In this document: positions 56,944 through 64,000 of the stretch, in pieces
Layout: each line of letters starts with the position of its first letter
Numbering within the stretch: position 1 is the stretch's first letter
Origin: Candidatus Levyibacteriota bacterium
GTDB lineage: Bacteria; Patescibacteriota; Microgenomatia; Levybacterales; UBA12049
Assembly: GCA_043823085.1 (NCBI GenBank)
Contig: JBDRBE010000004.1
Span: 197,510-261,509 of the forward strand
Length of the DNA: 64,000 nucleotides
Direction of reading: 5' to 3'
Position numbers and translations under genes: made by a program
Notes under the pieces: generated by a model
Told to the model about the DNA's origin: nothing
Databases searched by the model: none
The model's input: the letters and a program-made list of their open reading frames with translations, nothing else

Positions 56944-57644
56944 ATTGCTTTTTTTAGAATTTTATTTTGTTTGTTCTTTTTATCATTCACCAATTTACCA
57001 TCCCGAAGCTGCAGAATTCGTTTTGCATATGAAGCAATATCATGCTCATGAGTAATCATAATAATAGTATGACCTTGATTGTTTAAATCCTGAAAAATTC
57101 CCATGATTTCTTCTCCCTGTACCGACGCTAAATTCCCTGTTGGCTCATCTGCTAAAATAATTGCCGGATTCATAGCTAGCGCGCGCGCAATTGCAACTCT
57201 TTGCTGTTGTCCTCCTGAAAGTTGATTTGATTTACTTTCTGACCTTTCCCCAAGGCCTACCATTTTCAAAAACTTTATCGCTTCCTCTCGCCTCTGGATT
57301 TGGGGTATACCACCATAAACTAAAGGCAACATAACATTTTTAAGAGCTGTAGTTCTAGGAAGAAGGTTATAAGCCTGAAAAACAAATCCGATTTTTTTAT
57401 TTCTAATTTCTGCTAATTTATCTCTTGATAATTTACTGACGTCTTCTCCGTCTAAAACATATATTCCGCTCGTTGCAGTATCAAGGGCGCCGATTATATG
57501 CATTAGAGTTGATTTTCCGCTTCCGGATGGACCCATAATGGCAACAAACTCGCCTTTATCAACTGTAAATGAGACACCCGAAAGAGCAGTAGTTTCAACC
57601 GTGCCTGTTTTGTAGATTTTTGTAATATGTGATATTTGAATCAT
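56934..57644 (-). CDS. ABC transporter ATP-binding protein (MacB/LolD-like, YknY-like)
   Basis: GPSGSGKST Walker A, LSGGQQQRVAIARAL signature, ILADEPTGNL Walker B. Confidence 0.9.
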   Translation of the reverse strand: MIQISHITKIYKTGTVETTALSGVSFTVDKGEFVAIMGPSGSGKSTLMHIIGALDTATSGIYVLDGEDVSKLSRDKLAEIRNKKIGFVFQAYNLLPRTTALKNVMLPLVYGGIPQIQRREEAIKFLKMVGLGERSESKSNQLSGGQQQRVAIARALAMNPAIILADEPTGNLASVQGEEIMGIFQDLNNQGHTIIMITHEHDIASYAKRILQLRDGKLVNDKKNKQNKILKKAIWN

Positions 57645-57656
57645 AATTCATATATC

Positions 57657-59066
57657 TTAGCGTCCTTGTGTTCCTCCTCTTACTCCAGTGCTACTACCGC
57701 CAAAACCGCCAAGCCTTAATCCTCCGCTAAAAGGAGATGATCCGCTTGTTTGTGATGTTTCCATAGAAATTGCGCTGGTTACAACTACATCACCTTCCAA
57801 CAATCCGGATATTATTTCTGTTTGGGAATCAGAACTATTTCCAACTTCAACATTCACAGTTGAAATCGCACCATTTTTTAAAACCCGCACAGTTGATTGA
57901 GTTCCTATAGTTTGAACCGCGCTTGAGGGAACAAGTAAAACATTATCATCAACAATTGTAATAATATTTGCCGTTGCGCTCATGTTGGGTAAAATACTAT
58001 TGTCTGAATTGTCTAATTGAATTACTGCCGGATAAGTTGTGACACCTGAGGAAACCGCTCCTGTTGTATTTATTCCCATAACTTTTCCTGTAAATGTTTT
58101 ACCCAGAAATGCATCAAAGGAAATTGTTGCCTTTTGACCAACTTGAACTTTTGGAGCATCAACTTCCGCAACATTAACCAGAACTGTTGCCGAACTTCCG
58201 GTTTTAATTGAAGCTATTGTCTGATTGGAAGTATTAGTTGAACTTCCCGCAGTTGTATTGCTTGAACCTATCTGCATGCCTTCTGTTATTGTTAAATCGC
58301 CAATTACGCCTGCAGTTGGCGCAGTAATCGTTCCAGAGGTTAACTGATATGCTAAATTTGCATTATTTAAATTTGCGCCAGCCGCGGCTATTATACCCGA
58401 TTGATTTTTATAAGCGGCTTCTGCCGCAAACCAGTCATTTTGAGCAATTGTAAACGGCGTTAAAACTCGGTTTGAATTGTTCGCGCTTCCATCTGGATTT
58501 TGGTATGTTGAATTTTGTGCAATGTCCATATATGTTTTCCAAGCGCTGTACATCGCAGATTGCAAAGAAAATAACCTTGCATTTGCACTATCTAATGAAT
58601 TCTGTGCCGATATGAGAGATGACCATGCTTGTGCCTGTCGCTGTTGACCGGCCGTATCCAACGTAATATCGGCTATTTTATCTCCGGCTTTAACAGTATC
58701 TCCGCTTTTAACATAAATTTTACTGACAATTCCGCTTGCTTGAGTAACAATGCTGACTTTGTTGCTGACAGCTACTTGTCCTGCTTCTGTTAACGAAACA
58801 ACAAGGGTTCCTTTTTCAACTATTGCAGTTTGATATTGCGCAGCTTGTTTTGTGGCGATAAAATTCCGCCAACCAAAAAAAACAAAGAGCATTAAAATAA
58901 TTAAAACAATAAACCCTTTCTTTTTAGAGGAAAATAATAAGTTTTTAATTCTTTTAAGTGATCCAATATCTTTTACAATATTTTTAATATTTTTTTCTAT
59001 TTTTATCATAATTTCATTTCGCCCCAGACTAATAGCCTGGGGGCACTTTGTATGATAGTTGTTCAT
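57657..59066 (-). CDS. Efflux membrane-fusion / periplasmic adaptor protein (HlyD/MacA/YknX-like)
   Basis: N-terminal transmembrane helix, biotinyl/lipoyl-like and coiled-coil hairpin regions, and a Gly/Ser-rich C-terminus. Confidence 0.65.
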   Translation of the reverse strand: MNNYHTKCPQAISLGRNEIMIKIEKNIKNIVKDIGSLKRIKNLLFSSKKKGFIVLIILMLFVFFGWRNFIATKQAAQYQTAIVEKGTLVVSLTEAGQVAVSNKVSIVTQASGIVSKIYVKSGDTVKAGDKIADITLDTAGQQRQAQAWSSLISAQNSLDSANARLFSLQSAMYSAWKTYMDIAQNSTYQNPDGSANNSNRVLTPFTIAQNDWFAAEAAYKNQSGIIAAAGANLNNANLAYQLTSGTITAPTAGVIGDLTITEGMQIGSSNTTAGSSTNTSNQTIASIKTGSSATVLVNVAEVDAPKVQVGQKATISFDAFLGKTFTGKVMGINTTGAVSSGVTTYPAVIQLDNSDNSILPNMSATANIITIVDDNVLLVPSSAVQTIGTQSTVRVLKNGAISTVNVEVGNSSDSQTEIISGLLEGDVVVTSAISMETSQTSGSSPFSGGLRLGGFGGSSTGVRGGTQGR

Positions 59067-59096
59067 CCTGAGAAAATCCTTAGAACTATTAAATTT

Positions 59097-60131
59097 TCAA
59101 ACCAAGGGTAATTGAATGCTGAAAGTTGAGCCTTTACCAATTTTGCTTTTGACGCTAACCATGCCGTGATGATTATTAATTATTTTTTTTGCAATTGATA
59201 AACCCAATCCATAGCCTGGAATTGTGGTTTTGGTTCTCGATTTATCAACCCTATAGAATCTGTCGAAAAGATGGGGGATATCGGTTTCACTAATCCCATA
59301 TCCCTCATCTGAAATATCAACGACAATATTCCCGTCAGATTTTTTAGAAGACAAAATAACTTTTGTTTGTTGTGAACTATATTTAATGGCATTATCCAAA
59401 AAAATAACAAAAACTTCTGTCAGCTTTTTTCTATCTCCGTTAATCAAATAATCATCTATTTTATTTATAATTTTAATATTTTTACTTTTTGCAAGGCTTG
59501 CAACTTTTTTTATTGCATCGTTAATAATTAAAAGCAGGGAAACTTCGGAAAACTTAAAACCATCTGCGACATTCTGATATTGGTTAATTTTAATGAGTCC
59601 GTCGGATAAAACCTGCAAATTGTTGACTTCTTCCAAATTGCTTTTTAATAATTTTTTTGCCTGGCCAAGAGTTAAATTTTTATCTCTCAAATTTACTTCT
59701 ATTTCGGATTTTAAAGATGTTAAGGGCGTCCGCAATTCGTGAGAGGCATCGGAAATAAAAAGGTTCTGCTCGTCCATCATTTCTTTTATGGGACCAAGGG
59801 TTCTTCCGGCCAAAAAGTAACCCGCAATTGCGGAAGTAACTAAAATTACAAAATTTATTAATGCTAAAGCGACTGTAAGGCGATATTTTGTTTCTGCAAT
59901 TATTTGAGGGTCAAGCGATAATAAACTTTGAAAATCACTATTATCATCGGAGGGCGGAGGAATTCTAAAACGATCTGGTAGTCTACGCTGGATTCTCAAC
60001 TCTTGAGCTTTTTGAACTCTATCTAGTTCAAGCGTAAGCACCCGATACATTGAAATACTAAAGGAAATACTGATAATCATTATTATCAGTAAATACCAAA
60101 CAGTTAATTTAATTCTGGCCGAATGAAACAT
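59097..60131 (-). CDS. Sensor histidine kinase
   Basis: SHELRTPLTS H-box and HATPase_c with GYGLGLSIAKKII. Confidence 0.8.
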   Translation of the reverse strand: MFHSARIKLTVWYLLIIMIISISFSISMYRVLTLELDRVQKAQELRIQRRLPDRFRIPPPSDDNSDFQSLLSLDPQIIAETKYRLTVALALINFVILVTSAIAGYFLAGRTLGPIKEMMDEQNLFISDASHELRTPLTSLKSEIEVNLRDKNLTLGQAKKLLKSNLEEVNNLQVLSDGLIKINQYQNVADGFKFSEVSLLLIINDAIKKVASLAKSKNIKIINKIDDYLINGDRKKLTEVFVIFLDNAIKYSSQQTKVILSSKKSDGNIVVDISDEGYGISETDIPHLFDRFYRVDKSRTKTTIPGYGLGLSIAKKIINNHHGMVSVKSKIGKGSTFSIQLPLV

Positions 60132-60811
60132 TATTTTGCTCCTCCTAATCTATATCCAAAGCCCCGAACAGTATAAATTAACGGTTTTTTGTTTTTAAAT
60201 GGCTCGTCAATTTTTTTTCGAAGATATCCAATATAAACTTCAACCGTATTTGGCAGTATATCTGCTTCGTAATCCCAAACATGACTTATAATTTGTTCTT
60301 TTGTTAAAACTCTCTGCGGGTGCCTTAATAAATATTCTAAAAGTGAAAATTCTTTTCTAGACAAGGGAATTACTTTTTTCCCACGCGTTAATTGATACGT
60401 TTGAGTATTCAAACTTAAATCTTCATAGATCAAGGTTGAATTGACAATATTTTTTGGCCGTCTTGTTAAAGCTCTAACGCGTGCTAATAATTCTTCAAAG
60501 GCAAAAGGCTTTGTTAAATAATCATCCGCACCAGCATTTAAACCTTGAACTTTATCATTTAATTCACCTTTTGCCGTTAGTATCAGAATCGGAGTATGAT
60601 TTTTTTCTTCTCTTAATTTTTTGCTAACAGTTATTCCGTCCATTTGAGGAAGTAAAACATCAAGAATAATTAAATCATAATCTTGGGTTGATGCTAAATC
60701 AAAACCTGTTGTTCCCTCATATGCCACATCTACAATAAAAGATTCTTGTTCCAAACCTTTTTTAATTGAATTTGCGATTTTATGTTCGTCTTCAACGACC
60801 AATACTCTCAT
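60131..60811 (-). CDS. OmpR-family response regulator
   Basis: MRVLVVEDE...LDVLLP receiver domain and a winged-helix C-terminus ending ...VRGFGYRL. Confidence 0.9.
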   Translation of the reverse strand: MRVLVVEDEHKIANSIKKGLEQESFIVDVAYEGTTGFDLASTQDYDLIILDVLLPQMDGITVSKKLREEKNHTPILILTAKGELNDKVQGLNAGADDYLTKPFAFEELLARVRALTRRPKNIVNSTLIYEDLSLNTQTYQLTRGKKVIPLSRKEFSLLEYLLRHPQRVLTKEQIISHVWDYEADILPNTVEVYIGYLRKKIDEPFKNKKPLIYTVRGFGYRLGGAK

Positions 60812-60879
60812 TTTCACCCATATTATATCAGAAAGCTGAAAAATAACTGAAGAATAGGCGTTTAAACTTTATTTGAGGA

Positions 60880-61182
60880 CTATGCTAAATGAGCTCTTTT
60901 TTGCATATTTTTTTTCGATAATGATTCTGCTTTTCTCGCGGCTAAATTTTTTTCCTTAGTGATTCTGGCATCATTGCGCTTCTTTTTTTCAGCAAGCTGA
61001 ACTTTGTCAAAGTTTTCCTGACATATAATATTTGTACAAACAATCTGGGTATAATCTATTGTGGTTGTTCCCATTATGGTCGGGATTACTTCCTTCCACT
61101 TTTTTGCAACGCGTCTTTTACTTCCACATCGACCACATGGCTCATCAAGATATATGGTGGCAGAGGTTTTATTTTTCCGCAT
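60880..61182 (-). CDS. Small zinc-ribbon hypothetical protein
   Basis: CGRCGS...C..IIC Cys pairs and a Lys/Arg-rich tail. Confidence 0.35.
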   Translation of the reverse strand: MRKNKTSATIYLDEPCGRCGSKRRVAKKWKEVIPTIMGTTTIDYTQIVCTNIICQENFDKVQLAEKKKRNDARITKEKNLAARKAESLSKKNMQKRAHLA

Positions 61183-61241
61183 ATTAAAGGAGTTTTATTA
61201 TAGCAAATTTCCGCCAAATAAGCAAGGGGAATTGGCAGATT

Positions 61242-61649
61242 TCAAAAACCTAAATTTTGATATTGACCGACGGAGGAATTGATAGATTTAGTTAATTGAG
61301 AAAAAAGGTTTACGGAATACCAAATCATAATTACTGCTGAAAGAATAGTTAAAATTATGGCAACCATACCAACTATTTTTGCTTTTTTATCATTTCGCAA
61401 AAGATATTTTATACCGGGCCAAAGACCAAGCGGAGGAAGAAAAATACTCAATAAATAAATGCCTATTTGTTTTCCAATAGTAATTTTTGCATCTTTTATT
61501 TTCTTGCCGCAATTTGGACAAAACAAAAAAACTTCAGAGATTGGAAACTGGCAAAAGGGACAAACTAAATTCGAAACAGATGGCTGCTGAACAATAACTT
61601 CCTGATTTTCCACTGATTGAATTGTTTCACGCCGCAATATTCTTGTCAA
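61242..61649 (-). CDS. Zinc-ribbon plus two-TM hypothetical membrane protein
   Basis: CPFC...CPNCG followed by two hydrophobic helices. Confidence 0.4.
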   Translation of the reverse strand: MTRILRRETIQSVENQEVIVQQPSVSNLVCPFCQFPISEVFLFCPNCGKKIKDAKITIGKQIGIYLLSIFLPPLGLWPGIKYLLRNDKKAKIVGMVAIILTILSAVIMIWYSVNLFSQLTKSINSSVGQYQNLGF

Positions 61650-61703
61650 GAAATGTTGACACTCTAATAAAAATATCTTATCATCAAAACGCTATTTCAA
61701 TTT

Positions 61704-62813
61704 ATGTTAATGAAAATTTGGGGGCATGTTAGCTATTTTTTAAAAGATTTCGGACCTTATCTTATAATTCTTTTTACCGCTTCGATTTTTTTTCTATTTT
61801 CAATTATAAAAATTTACAAATCAAAAATATCGCAGAATAAAAAAAATGCACTGCTTTTATTGGTTTTTACTCTTGTTTCATTTATTTTTATCTATAGCGG
61901 GTTTGAAGCCTATCTTAGATTCCGTTTTGATGAGTCCGACAGCCTTGGATTTTTAAAAGTTAGCGAAAGATGGTTTCAAAGACATGTTGTATTTAATAAT
62001 TTTAATTACCGGGACAAAAAATTTACCCTTGATAAAACTCCAGGGGTCGTGCGAATCGGAGTAATAGGGGATTCACTCGCCATGGGCTATGGAATTAAAA
62101 ATATTAACGATAGATTTTCAAATATTTTGGAAAAAAAATTAAATGACAACGGTTCCCATGTAGAAATTTATAATTTTGCCCAATCCGGATTTGACACTGA
62201 ACACGAAACCTTGGAGTATCAAAAGGTTAAAAAATTCAATTTTGACATTCTTCTTTGGTCTTACTTTTTAAACGATATTGAAGAAGCAAGCAAAAGCGCC
62301 GGAACAGCTGTTTTAAAAAAAGCTCAGGAATTACCATCGCCGCTTATTCAATTTCTATCCGACAACTCATTTCTTTTTAATTATATTTATTGGCGCCTGG
62401 ATGCAAGATACGACAAAACTTTCTCAAATCTAAAAAATGCCGATCTTTCTCAATACGATGATCAAGCTGTCTTCTCCCATCACAAACAGCTCATATCCTC
62501 TTTTTCAGCTCAACTCCAGGCAGAAAATAAAAAAACGGTTGTCGTCATTTTCCCTTTCTTCTATTTCTTCCCAAATTATCCTTTGGATGCAATTGCCGTT
62601 CATAACCGCATGGATAAAATTTTTCAGGACAATGGCGCGTTGGCTATTGTCGATATGCTAAATTACGTTAAAGGCAAAAACAAAAATGAATTAGTTGTCG
62701 GTCCATATGACGCGCATCCCAATGAATATGTCCACAATTTAACCGCAGAAAAATTATATGACGCTATTTTTCCATTGCTTGAAAACAAAGATGGACAAAC
62801 TTTTATAAAATAA
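61704..62813 (+). CDS. Membrane-anchored SGNH/GDSL-family hydrolase
   Basis: IGVIGDSLAMGYG (GDSL block I) and an Asp/His-containing C-terminal block DAHPNEY. Confidence 0.55.
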   Translation: MLMKIWGHVSYFLKDFGPYLIILFTASIFFLFSIIKIYKSKISQNKKNALLLLVFTLVSFIFIYSGFEAYLRFRFDESDSLGFLKVSERWFQRHVVFNNFNYRDKKFTLDKTPGVVRIGVIGDSLAMGYGIKNINDRFSNILEKKLNDNGSHVEIYNFAQSGFDTEHETLEYQKVKKFNFDILLWSYFLNDIEEASKSAGTAVLKKAQELPSPLIQFLSDNSFLFNYIYWRLDARYDKTFSNLKNADLSQYDDQAVFSHHKQLISSFSAQLQAENKKTVVVIFPFFYFFPNYPLDAIAVHNRMDKIFQDNGALAIVDMLNYVKGKNKNELVVGPYDAHPNEYVHNLTAEKLYDAIFPLLENKDGQTFIK

Positions 62814-62815
62814 TA

Positions 62816-63049
62816 ATGAGGTATTTAAAAACTTTTTGGAAAAAATGGAAATATTTTGCCAAAATTGTTACTAACTTCCAAGCTCAAGTTATTTTCACAC
62901 TTTTTTATTTTTTAATACTTTGGATGGTTGGATTTATTTTTAGACTTATATCGGATCCTTTAAAAATAAAGAACAAATCGCTTAAATCAAGTTTTTCCCG
63001 CTGGGAGCATCCAAACGAGTCTCTAGAAGAAGCCCGTAAACCATATTAA
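62816..63049 (+). CDS. Small hypothetical membrane protein
   Basis: ORF with one transmembrane helix; start is 3 nt after the previous stop. Confidence 0.3.
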   Translation: MRYLKTFWKKWKYFAKIVTNFQAQVIFTLFYFLILWMVGFIFRLISDPLKIKNKSLKSSFSRWEHPNESLEEARKPY

Positions 63050-63053
63050 TTTA

Positions 63054-64000
63054 TGTATATCCTAGGTATTTCTTGTTTTTACCATGAATCAGCCGCTTGT
63101 TTGATAAAGAATGGCAAAGTTTTGGCCGCATCAGCAGAAGAAAGATTTACAAGAAAAAAGCATGACAGCGATTTTCCTAAAGTTGCAATTGATTTTTGTC
63201 TAAAAAAAGCTGGCATAAAAAACAAAGATTTAGATTTTGTAGTTTTTTACGAAAAGCCATTTTGGAAATTTCAAAGAATTCTACAGTCGATTTTACAAAA
63301 TTATCCTTTTACAAGCCGTCTTTTTACCAAGGCGATGAATAATTGGCTCGTAGAAAAGCTTTGGGTTCGTTCAATTATTGCCGGAAAGCTTGATATCCAA
63401 AACAAAAAAATTCTCTTTGTTCCTCACCATCTTTCGCATGCGGCCGCAAGTTTTTACCCCTCAGGATTTACAAATGCCGCAATAATGACAGTTGACGCTG
63501 TTGGAGAATGGACGACAACGGCTTATGGAAAAGGAAACGGTAATAAAATAACAATCGAAAAAGAAATAAGATTTCCCCACAGTCTCGGTCTTTTGTATTC
63601 TGTTTTTACAGCTTTTTTGGGTTTTGAAGTTAACGATGGCGAGTACAAGGTTATGGGAATGGCTCCTTACGGAAAACCATTATATCTTGACAAGATTAAA
63701 AAAATGATTCGCGTATTCCCCGATGGTTCATATCAATTAAACATGAATTATTTTAGCTTTCATAAATCAGCAGACAAATCATATACTTCCAAATTTGTTG
63801 AATTGCTTGGGAAACCAAGACCTCGCGATCTGTACTTTTTTACCAAAGATTCCGGCTTTCCAAGTTATTTTGGCCATAAACCAAAAAATTATAACGAGCT
63901 TGCCAAGCTAAATCAGCATTACGCCGATGTTGCCGCCTCTATCCAAACATTCACCGAAGAACTTTTATTGTTGATGGCAAACAAACTTTATGAAAAAACA
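63054..64000 (+). CDS. Carbamoyltransferase (NodU/CmcH family), N-terminal part; runs off the window end
   Basis: MYILGISCFYHESAACLIKNGKVLAASAEERFTRKKHDSDFP Kae1/ASKHA-like N-terminus typical of this family. Confidence 0.75.

Noticed and set aside
1-64000. CRISPR arrays, rRNA genes, transposases or integrases
   Set aside because: No spaced-repeat arrays, no rRNA-like conserved blocks and no transposase or recombinase-like ORFs were found on either strand.

Overview
The window is AT-rich, gene-dense bacterial chromosome with standard stop codons; both TAG and TGA terminate well-conserved genes. The gene set resembles a Patescibacteria/CPR-type organism (inference from type IV pilin, UPF0182, cupin-type PGI, a compact UvrC, and many leaderless -10 promoters). 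Most of the window is housekeeping: uvrB, lexA, DedA, rsmI, acs, gpmA, eno, ppsA, a sugar-phosphate isomerase/mutase cluster, holA, uvrA, uvrC, secG, yvcK-like, rnhB, mscS, dinB, ribH/ribE, dacA, a pilin, typA, a two-component system with a YknXYZ/MacAB-like efflux module, and 10 tRNA genes. I found no CRISPR array, transposase or integrase. The most unusual locus is at about 15.7-21.1 kb. A second LexA paralog with intact S24 peptidase motifs sits 3 nt upstream of, and is apparently co-transcribed with, a fusion protein that joins an HsdR_N-type PD-(D/E)xK nuclease domain to a gamma-class N6-adenine methyltransferase. Downstream of that are a NYN-domain (PIN-like) RNase gene and an orphan 187-aa protein, then a two-TRD HsdS specificity subunit. 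No HsdR helicase lies in the window. The orphan gene and hsdS are each preceded by a 29-nt imperfect direct repeat. This looks like an SOS-gated, restriction-modification-embedded RNase module analogous to PrrC, and it is my best candidate for a previously undescribed system. Other points worth a second look are a second NYN gene interrupted by one in-frame TAG, a promoter-plus-terminator-bounded candidate small RNA, an ATP-cone::Mrr-nuclease fusion, a Pro/Cys-rich small ORF that shares a duplicated promoter/leader with its neighbour, a 140-nt dual-coding overlap at the uvrC start, and a heptanucleotide simple-sequence repeat at a gene junction.
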